Shown in pieces: positions 1-11,900 of a DNA stretch of 64,000 nt (within the stretch, counting starts at the first letter, position 1; the number at the start of each line of letters is the position of its first letter). The notes under the pieces were generated by a model. The model did not search any database. It saw only the letters and a program-made list of their open reading frames with translations, and was not told the origin of the DNA. The position numbers and the translations under genes were made by a program. The stretch is from the NCBI RefSeq assembly GCF_009914755.1, contig NC_060947.1, one strand, 5' to 3'. The DNA comes from the human T2T-CHM13v2.0 reference genome, Homo sapiens.

Positions 1-12
1 CACACATAGACA

Positions 13-129
13 GGCTAGGCACACTGGCTTATACTGTAATTCCAGTAGTTTTGTAGGCATAGATGGAAGGATCACTTGAGTCCAGGATTTCAAGACCAGC
101 CTGGGCAAAATAGGGAGAGCCTCTCTTTA

Positions 130-161
<32 letters not shown>

Positions 162-311
162 CCAAGCATGGTGTCACATGACTGTAATCCCAGCTATTCA
201 GGAGGCTGAGGTGGGAGTATTGCTTGAGCCTGGGAGTTCAAGGCTGCCTTCAGCCATGATTGTGCTACTGCAATCCAGGCCAGGTGACAGAGCAAAATCT
301 TGTCTCAAAAG
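13..311 (+). mobile_element. Alu (AluJ-like) with expanded ~30-nt middle A-tract, inserted in L1 ORF2
   Basis: ggctaggcac...tgtaattccag...gatcacttgagtccagga...ctgggcaa; right arm ends tgtctcaaaa; atagaca on both flanks (possible TSD). Confidence 0.9.
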
Positions 312-362
312 AATATATATACACACACACATATATATATACATATATATATGTATGCATAT
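312..362. repeat. (TA)n/(CA)n microsatellite derived from Alu tail
   Basis: atatatatacacacacacatatatatatacatatatatatgtatgcat. Confidence 0.85.
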
Positions 363-2925
363 AGACAGAAATGAATGTAATATAAAAGACCTCCACACAA
401 ATGGAAAGCAAAATTGAGCAGGATTCTCTATACTTATACAAGATAAAATAACTTTAACTCAAAAACAATAAAAAAGACAAAGAGTGTCATTATATAATAA
501 CAAATTCAGCATGAAGGTATAACTTAACAAATCTAAATATGCACCCAACAATGAAGCAGCCAGATATGTCAAGCAAATATTATTAGATCTAAAGGGAGAG
601 ATTGAGTCCCACACAATGATAATTGGGGACTCCAGCACCGCACTTTCAGCATTACACAAATTATATAGGCAGTAAATCAACAAATAAACATTGGATTTAA
701 ACTGTACTTTAGATTAAATGGATCTAACAGACCTTTATAGAACATTTTATCCAACAGTTGCAGAATGAACATTCTTCTTATCAGCAAAGGACAAATTCTC
801 CAGGAAAGACCATATGTTAAGACACAAATTAAGACTTAAAAAAATTTTAAAAATCAAAATTATATCAAGCATCTAATCTGACTGCAATGGAATAAGACTA
901 GAAATCAATAACATGAAGAACTTTGGAAACTGTACAAAAACAAGGAAATGAAACAACATGCTCCTGACCAGCCATTGATCAAAAAACTATTTAAATAGGA
1001 AATAATATATTTTTGAAACTAATGAAAATGGAAACACAATAATACCAAAACCTATAAAATTCAGCAAAATCAGTGCTAAGAGGGACATTTATAGAAAAAA
1101 ATAACCTTACATCAAAACAGGACAAAGATTTCAAATAAACAATCTATCATTTTACTTTAAGGAACTAGAAAATCAAGAACAATACATATAAAGTAGTAGA
1201 AGAAAAGAAGCAATAAAAATTAGAAAAGGACTAAACAAGATATAAATAAAAATGACAAATACTCAGCAAAAGGAAAAGTCATTTTTAAAAAACTGAGCAA
1301 TATTGATAAACTGTTTGCTAGACAACTCAAGAGAAAAAGAGAGAAAACCCAAATAAATAAAACCATAATCAAAAAGGACACATTGCAACTAATACTACAG
1401 AAATATGAAGGATCATCAGAGACTATAATGAATAACTATATGCTAACCATTTAGAAAACCTAGAAAAATGTATAAATTTCTGAATGCATACTACCTAACA
1501 AGATTGAATCAGAAAAAAATAGAAAAGTATAACAGATCAACAGTAAGTAATCAGACTGAATCTGTAAAACATATCTCCCAATAAAGAAAGGTATAGGACT
1601 AGATGGCTTTACAGCTAAATTTTACCAAACTTACAATGAAGAATGACACTAATTATTCTCAAATTATTCCCAAAAATGTTAAGAGAAAGGGATTATTTCT
1701 AGGTCATTCTATGCAGAGAACATTACCCTGATACCAAAAGCAGACGAGGACAAAATGACCAAACAAACAATAAAACACTGCAGGCAAATATTCCTGATGA
1801 ACATATACACTAACATTCTTACCAAAATACAATGGATTATAGTATAGAGAGGACGTACACATGGGATTTCAGAATGAGTCAACATATACAAATAAAAAAA
1901 TGTGATATATCACATCAACAGAATAAAGGACAAAAACAATATGAACATCTCAATAACTTCAGAAAAAGCATTTGATAAAATTCTACATCCCTTCATGATA
2001 AAAACTATCAACAAAATAAGCATAGAAAGAACATACATAAACATAATAAAGGCCATATATGAATAACCCATAGCTACCATCATTCTGAATGGGGAAAAGC
2101 TGAAAATCTTTCCTCTAAAAACTAGAACAAGACAAGTATTTCCACACTCACCACTCTTGTTCAAAATAATACTGCGATTCCTAGTGAGAGTAATCAGGCA
2201 AGATAAGAAAATAAAAGCATTCAAATTGTAAAATAGAAAATAGAAAGTCAAACTGTCCCTCTTTGCAGATGGTGGGGTCTATATATAGAAAAACCTAAAG
2301 CCTCTACCAAAATACACTTACAACCGATAAATTCCTTCAGTAAAGTTGCAAGATACAAAATCAATACACAAAATTTAGTAGCATTTCTATAAAACAATAA
2401 TAAACTAGCTAAAAAAGAAATAAAAATCAATCCCATATAGTTACAAAATATACTTAGAAATAAATTTAACTAAGGAGGTAAAAGATCCTTACAAAGAAGT
2501 GACAAAATAAATTGAAAAGGACAAAAAGAAACGGAAAGAACCCAAATAGCCAAAGCAATACTGAGCAAAAAGAAAAGAGCTGGAGGCATGACACTACCTA
2601 ATTCCAAAATACACTACAAACCTATAATTCTCAAAACAACATGGTATTGGTATAAAAACAGACACATAGACAGATGCAACAGAACAGAAAATTTAGAAAA
2701 TATCCACATACTTAAAGCAAACTGATTTTTAACAAAGGCACCAAGAACATACACTGAGGAAACAACATCCTTCTTAATTTGTGATGCTTGGAAAACTTGA
2801 TATCTATATGCAGAAAAATAAAACTAAACCATTATTTCACCAAATACAAAAGTCAACTCAAAATAGAATTAAAGGATTAAATATAAGACCCTAAACTATA
2901 AAATTTCTAGAAAAAAGTATAAGTG
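363..2925 (+). mobile_element. Old LINE-1 (L1M/L1MA-like) ORF2 relic, EN to RT, with an internal deletion near 2530
   Basis: Decayed ORF2 motifs, e.g. tatgcacccaacaatgaagcagccaga, gaaaaagcatttgataaaatt, ctgtccctctttgcagat; many stops and frameshifts. Confidence 0.9.
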
Positions 2926-3628
2926 AAGATGATGGCCAAATAGGAATAGTTCTGGTTTGCAGCTCCCAGTGAGACCAATGCTGAAGGCAGGTGATTTCTG
3001 CATTTCCAACTGAGGTACCCAGCTCATCTCATTGGGACTGGTTAGACAGTGGGTGCAGCCCACAGAGGGTGAGCAGTAGCAGGGTGGGCTGTTGCCTCAC
3101 CTGGGAAGTGCAAGGGGTCAGGGAACTCCCTCCCCTAGCCAAGGGATGCCATAAGGGACTGTGCTGTGAGGGACGGTGCTATCCGGCTCAGACACTATGC
3201 TTTTCCCACAGTTTTCACCACCTGCATACCAGGAGAGTCACTTGGGTACCTACACCACCAGGGCCCTGTGTTTCAAGCACAAAACTGGGAGGTTATTTGG
3301 GCAGACATCGAGCTAGCTGCAGGAGTTATTTTTTGTACCCCTGTGGCATCTGGAACGCCAGTGAGACAGAACCGTTCACTCCCCTGGAAAGGGGGCTGAA
3401 GCCGGTGAGCCAAGTGGTCTTGCTCAGCGGATCCCACCCCCACGGAGCCCAGCAAGCTAAGATCCAATGGCTTCAAATTCTCGCTGCCAGCACAGCAGTC
3501 TGGAGTCCACTTAGGACACTCCAGCTTAGTGGTGGGAGGGGCTTCACCGTTACTGAGGCATAAGTAGGCAGTTTTCCCCACACAGAATAAACAAAGCCGC
3601 TGAGAAGTTCGAATTGGGTGGAACTTGA
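2926..3628 (+). mobile_element. Isolated L1PA7/L1PA8-like 5'UTR fragment
   Basis: gatggccaaataggaatagttctggtttgcagctcccagtgaga...gtgatttctgcatttccaactgaggtacc; GC-rich; ends before ORF1. Confidence 0.85.
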
Positions 3629-3829
3629 TGCACATGTTTCCTAGAAGCATATTATTTTGCCTCCAGGATGAAATTGCTAAGAAATTACCTTTTTTTAGGA
3701 AAAAAAAAAACTGGAAAATCAGTGGCATAAGCAAGTTGTAGGGATGTATTTTTTTCAGTACACACACACAAAATGTATTCTACGGGTAGACACTCGAGAG
3801 CGTGTTTACTTGTTCCATATTATCAGCTC

Positions 3830-4120
3830 TAGCTTCAAATATGTATTATGGTCACTAGACTATTGCTGTAGTTCTAGTGAACACAGTTACATTTCAAGTA
3901 TCAGGAAGGAATAGGGCAAGTAAAAAAGCATCTTTGGAAGAGTCAGATATTCTTCCCCTTTCAAGGAACTTTTCCAAAATGCACGCTTATATCTCTCATT
4001 AGCCAATCCTATCTGCAAGAAGGCAGAAAAGTGTAGGTTTTCATTAGCGCAATACTATCCTCTTAAAAATCAGGATTCTGTTATTAATTGAGAAGATAAG
4101 AGTGGCTATTTATAGGCAAT
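3830..4120 (-). mobile_element. Ancient ERVL/MaLR LTR fragment (LTR33/MLT1-like)
   Basis: gcttatatctctcattagccaatcctatctgcaagaaggcagaaaagtgtagg...aaaaatcaggattctgtta resembles LTR33-type termini. Confidence 0.45.
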
Positions 4121-4419
4121 TATAATTTTTTCAATAATGGTAGTATTACATACTAGAGGCTTGTGTTTACTTCAAGAAAGATCAAAAGCTTGTCTTTTCT
4201 CCTTCACCAGAAAGTAATGCTATTTGTCATTATTTCAGTCTGGCCTATATTCTCTAAGTTCTTTTCATTTTCAAAACTTTTTTCATCTACTTTTATTGTT
4301 AACTAAGCTTCATTGTCTGAACACAAACCTTAGCTATAGAGGCAATTTTGTTAAAACATCATTAAATTATTTAGATATATCTTGAATTTTATGCCATTTT
4401 GCAAAACTAGCATTCTGTT

Positions 4420-4530
4420 TATGTGAATAGATGAGGAAAGGGAGGCACAGAGTGGTCAACTAACTTGAGAAAAATCTCATAGCTCGTCTTTAGCAACCAT
4501 GGATTCCAAAATTGGTTATTTGTAGTCCAG
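4420..4530 (-). mobile_element. MIR fragment
   Basis: atagatgaggaaagggaggcacagagtggtcaactaacttg (MIR core). Confidence 0.6.
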
Positions 4531-4689
4531 TAAATTCTATGCAATCTCTCCATCCTCTATTTTCCATCTTAAATCTAACATAGATCACTCTCAACATTTT
4601 ATCCTGCCTAAAGAGGTAAAAATATACACATTAGTGTGGAAATGTCTTATATCTCATATTACTTTGTAAAATGAAAGTGGACTGAAGCG

Positions 4690-4850
4690 ACATTCAGAAG
4701 ACGTGGATATGAGACCCAGCTGCACTATTTAAGACCTATCGATAAGACATTGGGCAAGTAACTGAATGTCTCTTAAGCTTCATTTTCTAATCTATGCAGT
4801 AAGAATACTAATACATTCCCTGTCCACTTCACAAAATGATGGTGAAGAAT
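4690..4850 (+). mobile_element. MIR fragment
   Basis: gacattgggcaagtaactgaatgtctcttaagcttcattttctaatctatgcagtaagaata. Confidence 0.7.
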
Positions 4851-4869
4851 ATCTTCGCATCTCACAAAT

Positions 4870-5540
4870 TTGCACTCTCTCTCTATTTCCATGACTATTA
4901 CCTTAATTTATACAACAAATATCTCTAACTTGAACTACTGTGGTAACATTCTAACTAGTCTTCCATTTTTCATGGTATCTCCTATCCAAGTTTATTCTTT
5001 GTGTTCAATCTAGAGTGATATTTTCAAATTGCAAATACATGTGCTGCTTCCCTGCCTAAACCTTTTCAATGGGTGCCCATTGCTTTCACTATAAAGGGAA
5101 AAGCACCCTAGCATGGTTTATTGCGTTATCATCTTACATCGTGCCCCAACTGACTACAGAACTTTGGTACATACTAGTCCCTCATTTCTTTCCTTCATTG
5201 TCCTCCTAACTTCAGACAATCACATAGCTCAACTCTTAGACATAAGGTCACAAGTCAGTATTTCAGAGAGGCATTCAATGGTCCTACATGAACAAAGATT
5301 AATTTGAACTCTCATTACATACTATTATAATACTATGTAATTTTAATAGCATTTATCACAGATTATAATTATATGTTTACATCTATTCTCATTTGTTTAG
5401 ATCTGGCTCACTAGCCTGTATGCTTTAAGAAAAGTCCTTTTTGCCTGCCATTGTATCTTCAACATCTTGCACAGTGCCTGTAATATATTAGGGGATCAGC
5501 AAAAAATGTGTTGAATAAATATGTAAAGTAATTAAATAAG
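4870..5540 (+). mobile_element. L2 3' end
   Basis: cttgcacagtgcctgtaatatattaggggatcagcaaaaaatgtgttgaataaat terminus; upstream L2-like cttccctgcctaaaccttttcaatgg. Confidence 0.7.
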
Positions 5541-7039
5541 TAAAGTAATACCATGAATAGGAGAAAGTCTTTTACATTATGAAATGTATATAATTCAAGT
5601 GTGACTATTATTGTAATTTTTATCATCAATATTATTACATGATTCTTTGGAGCATCTTTCATGATGCCCAGCATAGTTCTAAGTCATGTAGTGTATCTTC
5701 AATAAGTATTTGTTAAAGAAGTGAATTACCAGAGAAAATTATCTAATCAGTGACAGAATGAATTAATACTAAATTATAAGTAGACAGAAATGGCACACTG
5801 GTTTGTAGAGAGAGAAAGACATTATGGATACCATTTCAGGCAGCTGCCAGAGACATTTTAATTATCAAAAGGCTGGGATTTCCTGGTCTAGAGAAATTTG
5901 GGAAGACAGTAAGGGTAAAAAGACATGAGTCTAGGCACGTGAAAAATAGAATACTAAGGCCAGGTAACTATGGGTCTCATTCGCTACATCAAGGATGGTG
6001 TTATTTTCTACTTATACCTAAGATTGAACTTCTGTATACCTAAAATTGAATTTGTTGAGTAACTTTTTTAGAATGCTAACCAGCCACATAATGAGGATCA
6101 ATGAACTAAAACCCAGGCAACGTAAGTTTTTTATGGTGGAAAGAACAGAAAGATCTGGAACAGTAATATATGCCCATAGAGATTTGGCCTGTTTATGAGT
6201 CTACACTGTGGGGCCCAGTAGTCAAAAAAGAGTATGAGAAAATTTCATCACTTATAAGAGTAAGGGAGATGTAAAAGTAGAAAAGGATGTAGGAAGAAGA
6301 ATAGGGATAGGAAGAGAATAAAAAAGGCCAAGACAAACTTGTTTTACAGTTTTGTCAAAGGCTAAACTGTTCACATTATCCTACTTGTTACAACCACTAC
6401 ACCTGTATGTAAAATTTCAAGGAAATCAGTGCACATTAGAACTTTATGCCTGGTCAAGTCCCTCTCCTTACATTGAAGAGCTAATTTTGCTATCCCTGAG
6501 GGATAAATATGTAGTTAGAAATGAGCCTCTGTGAATCACCGCTCTCCAAATAAAACCCAAAGTTGTGCCACTGAACCAGTACAAAATATGTGAAACACAA
6601 AGGCTGTAGAAATGACGGGAATGGTGCCAAATTACATACCAATTAAAAGGGGTCATAATTTTTTAACCCATCACTGACTTCAATTCCCTTATTTTATGCA
6701 ATTATTCTTATCATCGTCATCATTGTTATTGTTATAATAACTCAGAATCATCAAAACTGGCTAGTGGTAATAAAAACTCTATGGCAGGCATACAATTCAA
6801 TGTAAGTATTCCTAATAAGTAAATAAATGAAAAAACAGCTAAAGTCTTTTCAGAATTTTACTTCAAAATTACCATCTTCTTTTTTTACATATGTAAGTGG
6901 TTCAACATCCCCCTAAAATAAATAAACTCCACCTGAAAGTCCAAACCACTCTTAAGTCTCTTAAACTCCTGACTTGGCTGGTGATTCCATTGTCTATCTG
7001 AGAATAAAATGGAAAATATTCCAAAGGTTATATCATGTG

Positions 7040-7440
7040 GGTGTCATGCTATAAATCGTGACCATATGATTCAATTTTACATTTGAAATTTAGAAGTAAA
7101 TAAGCTATAGAATTACCAAAACTTTTTGGAAAAATGTCTAAATCTGTAATTGTAGCTTCTTATTAATCTCACCATATATAACCTAAACAATAATCTCTTA
7201 AGGTAGTTTGAAACTGAAGAATAGGGGAAAGTTAAACTTCTATTCTTCTATGGCCAGGTGGAAAGAAGAAAATGCAGCAAATGAAATGGATAATCTAACT
7301 AAGAAGATTTCCAGACTAAATGAAGAAAGTGACTTCTGGCAACTTCTTGCTGTTTGTAATAAAATGTAAGAGAAAAGTGTTAAGCTAAGAAAATATTTGT
7401 TAAATATAAAGAACTCAGAGTGCGATGGGTTTAAAAACAA
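7040..7440 (+). mobile_element. MaLR internal (MLT1-int-like) fragment
   Basis: aatgaaatggataatctaactaagaagatttccag...cttcttgctgtttgtaataaaatgtaagagaa resembles MaLR-int. Confidence 0.45.
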
Positions 7441-7703
7441 AATTGTTATTTTCAGAAATAAAATTCATACAGATTAAAGAAGTAAAACTATTTATATTTG
7501 CAGATTACATATTATATATAGAAATGTCTACACGACATTTCTAACAACAACTAAATACTTGTCAGAACCAATAAATGAATTCAGTAAGATTGCAGGGTAA
7601 CATATTAAAATTAAATATATTTGTATATTTATACCCTAGCAATAAATAATAAATATATAAAATCCCATTTGCAATAGCATCAAAAAGAATAAAAAAAAAA
7701 AGT

Positions 7704-7991
<288 letters not shown>

Positions 7992-8226
7992 GTGAAAGAC
8001 CAAGATGTGCAAAATATTATTGAAAATATATATATATACAGAATACCTAAGGAAATGGAAATATACCCCCATGTTTATGGATTGGAAGAATTCATATTGT
8101 TTAGTTGGCAATATTACCCAAACTGATCTACAGATTTAGTGCAATCACTATCCAAATCTCAGATGGCTTTTATTTTTTGCGGAAATTTACAAGCTGATTC
8201 TAAAATTCATATGAAAATGCCAAAGA

Positions 8227-8546
8227 GGCTAAGCACGGTGGCTCACACCTGTAATTCCAGCACTTAGGGCAGCCAAGGCAGTTGGATCACGAGATCAAGA
8301 GATCAAGACCATCCTGACCAACATGGTGAAACCCCATCTCTACTAAAAATACAAAAATTAGCTGGGCATGGTGGCACGTGGCTGTAGTCCTAGCTACTCA
8401 GGAGGCTAAGGCAGGAGAATCGCTTGAACCCAGGAGGCAGAGGTTGCAGTGAGCCGAGATCATGCTGCTGCATTCCAGCCTGGGCGACAGAGCGAGACTC
8501 TGTCTCAAAATAAAATAAAAAAAAAAAGAAAGAAAGAAAAAAGAAA
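8227..8546 (+). mobile_element. Alu (AluSc-like)
   Basis: gatcacgagatcaagagatcaagaccatcctg; TSD tgccaaaga at 8218-8226 and 8548-8556. Confidence 0.93.
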
Positions 8547-8877
8547 GTGCCAAAGAATGAGAATAGTGTAAACAATCTTGAAAAAGAACAAAAGTGGAGG
8601 ACTCACACTTACCAGTTGCAAAACTTACTAAAAGGTACAAGATTCAAAATGGTGTGGTGCTGGAACAAGAATAGACATCTAAATAGAATATAATCAAGAC
8701 TACAGAAATAAACTTTCATATTTATGGTCAATTGATTTTTGACAAGGGTGTCATGAAAATTTAATAGAGAATGAGTAGTCTGTTCAACAAATGGTATGGG
8801 TGTTGGAACAACTGTGTATCCACATAAAAAAGAATAAAGTTGTACCTTTACCATATACCCTACATAAAACCTAACTA

Positions 8878-8960
8878 AGGTGACATCAGTAAGATGCCAG
8901 AATAGGAGACACCAGCCTGCTGGTATCATCTCTTTCATTTCCTTCAAAAATGTACAATTA
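8878..8960 (+). mobile_element. Short L1M 5'-terminus fragment
   Basis: gtgacatcagtaagatgccagaatagga matches the old L1 start motif. Confidence 0.5.
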
Positions 8961-8969
8961 AATTATGAT

Positions 8970-11900
8970 TTATGATAATCTTCCTGCTCTACTATCAAAT
9001 ACTAGGTCTTATTCTTTCTAACTATATTTAGAAAGAAGATACCCCCACACCAACTGCTACCTTTCCCAGCTTCTAGTAACCATCTTTCTACACTCCATCT
9101 CCATGAATTCAACTGTTTTAATATTTAGCTCCCACAAATGAGTGGAAACATGCAGAGTTTGGCTTTTTGTTCCTGGCTTATTTCACTTAACATGATGACC
9201 TCCAATTCCATCCATGTTGTTGCAAATGATAGGATCTCATTCTTTTGTGTGGCTGAATAGTACTCTATTGTGTGTATGTACCACATTTTGTTTATCTATT
9301 CACCTGTTGACAGACACTTAGATGCTTCCAAATCTTGGCTATTGTGAATACTGCTGCAATAAACATAGGAGTGCAGAGTATGTTTTTTATATGCGGATTT
9401 TTCTATTTTTTGTTACATAGCTATCAGTGGGATTGTTGGGTCATATAGTAGCTCTATTTTTAGTTTCTTGAGGAACCTCCAAACTGTTATCCATAGTGGC
9501 TTTACTACTTCACATTACCACCAACAGTGTATGAGGGTTCCTTTTTCTCCACATCCACCTGAACCTTTGTTATTACCTCTCTGTTGAATAAAAGATACTT
9601 CAACTGGTGTGAGATGATATCTTATTGCAGCTTTGATTTGCATTTCTATGTTGATCAGGGATTTCAGCACTTTTCCTGTATTCCATTTGTGTGTCTTCTT
9701 TTGAGAAATGTTTATTCAGGTCTTTTTTCCATTGTTTAATCAGATTATTAGATTTTTTTTTCTAATATAGAGTTCATTGTGCTCTTTATATTTTCTGGTT
9801 ACTTATCCTTTGTCCGGTGGGTAGTTTGCAAATATTTTCTCCCAATTTGTGGGTTGTCTCTTCACTTTGTTGATTGCATCCATTTCTGTGCATAAGCTTT
9901 TAACTTGATGTGATTCCATTTGTTCATTTTTGCTTAGGTTTCCTGTTCTTGCAGGGTATTAATGAAGAAATCTTTGCCCAGACCAAAGTCTTGGAGCATT
10001 TCCAAATGTTTACTTGTAGTAGTTTCATAGTTTCAAATCTTAGATATAAGTATTTAATTCATTTTGTTTGATTTTTGTATATGGTGAGAGATAGGAGTCT
10101 AGTTTTATTCTTCTGCCTATGGACATCCAGTTTTCCCAGAACAATTTCTTGAAGAGACTGTGTTTTCCCCAATGTATGTTTTTGGCACCTCTGTCAATAA
10201 TGATTTCACTGAAAATGTATGGATTTGGATTTGTTTCTGGATTCTCTATTCTTTATCATTGGCCCATGTGTCTGATTTTATGCCAGTATCATGGTATTTT
10301 GTTTACTAAAGCTTTGTAGTATAATTTGAAGTCAGGTAATGTGATTCTGCAAGTTTAGCTATTTTTTTCTCAGAATAGATTTGGTTATTCTGGGTCTTTT
10401 GTTGCTCCATATATTTTTCTATTACTGTGAAGAATGCCATTGGTATTTTGATGGGTTTTGCATTAAATCTATAGCTTGTTTTCAGTAGTATAAACATTTC
10501 AACCATATTTATTTTTTCAATCTGTGAACATGAAATAATTTTTTTCCATTTTTTGTGTCCTCTTCAATTTCTTCTATTAATGTTTTATAATTTTCATTGT
10601 AGAAATTTTGACTTATTTGGTGAAGTTAACTTATTAGGTTTTTAATGTTATTTAGGTTAGCTTTTAATGCAATTGTAAATGTGATTACATTTTTTATTTC
10701 CTTTTCAGATTATTCAGTGTTGGCATATAAAAATGCAATCGAATTTTTATGTTGATTTATATCCAGAAAAGCTACTGAATTTGTTGATCAATTCTAGTAG
10801 TTTTTTGTTAAAGTCTTTAGTTTTTCTAAATATAAGATTATGTCACCTGTAAACAAGAATAATTTGATTTCTTCCCTCCAGTTTGAATGTCCTTGATTTT
10901 TTCCCTCTTGTTTGATTGCTTTAGCTAGACCTTCCAGTACTGCGTTAAATAACAGTTGTGAAAGCGGACATCCTCATCTTTTACCAGGTCTTTCAGTTTC
11001 TCCCCATTTAGTATACCAGCTGTGGGCATGGCTTTTATTATTTTTAGATATTTCCCTCTTAAACTTAATTTATTAGGATTTTTAGCATGAAGGGACTTTT
11101 TTCAAATGCTTTATTTCCCCACTTTTTAACTTTTTGTCGTTTCTCTTTATGTCTTTTTATACTGACTATATCTTAGAAAGTTGTTGTAATTATTATTTTT
11201 GATTCGTATATCACTTTGTCTTTCTACTCGAGATAAGAGTGTTTGGTACCCCACAATTACGGTGTTATAATATTTTGTGATTTTCTGTGTGCTTATGATT
11301 ACTAGTGAGTTGTGTACGTTCAGATAATTTCTTATTGTTCATTATGCTTTTTTTCCAATATTGACGAACTTTGTTTAGCATTTCTTTTAGAACAGGTCTA
11401 GTGTTGATGAAATTGTTCAGCTTTTCTTTTTCTGGCAATGTCTTTATCTCTCCTTCATGTTTGATTAATATTTTCACTGGATGTACTATTGTATGGTAAA
11501 CAATTTTTTCTTCAGCCCTTAACTGTGTCATACCACCGTCTTCTGGTCTTTAATGTTTCCACCAAAAAGTCTGCTGCTAGACGTATTGGCGCTCCACTAT
11601 ATGTTATTTATTTCATTTGTTTTGCTGCTTTTAGGATTCTTTTTTATCCTTGACCTTTGAGAATTTGGTTATTTAATGCATTGAGGTAGCCTGCTTTGGG
11701 TTAAATCTGCTTGGTATTCCATAACCTTCTTGTACTTGAATGTTGATATTGTTGGCTAGGTTTGGGAAGTTGTCTGTTATTATCCCTGTGAATAAACTGT
11801 CTACCCATGTCTCTCTCTCTACCCCCTCTTTAAGTCCAGTACTTTTAGATTTGCCCTTTTGAGGATATCTTTTAGATCCCTAGGCATGCTTTATTATTTT

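Noticed and set aside
76-417. 113-aa ORF and the other Alu-derived ORFs (e.g. 7780-7968, 19518-19739, 54281-54671)
   Set aside because: These are typical Alu translation artefacts ([22 protein letters not shown]).
2991-3563. 190-aa ORF as a novel gene
   Set aside because: It lies entirely in a GC-rich L1PA 5'UTR, starts at GTG and shows no protein-family motif.
5720-7040. Non-repeat stretch as possible host exons
   Set aside because: Only short, low-information ORFs with no recognisable protein similarity or supportable splice structure.
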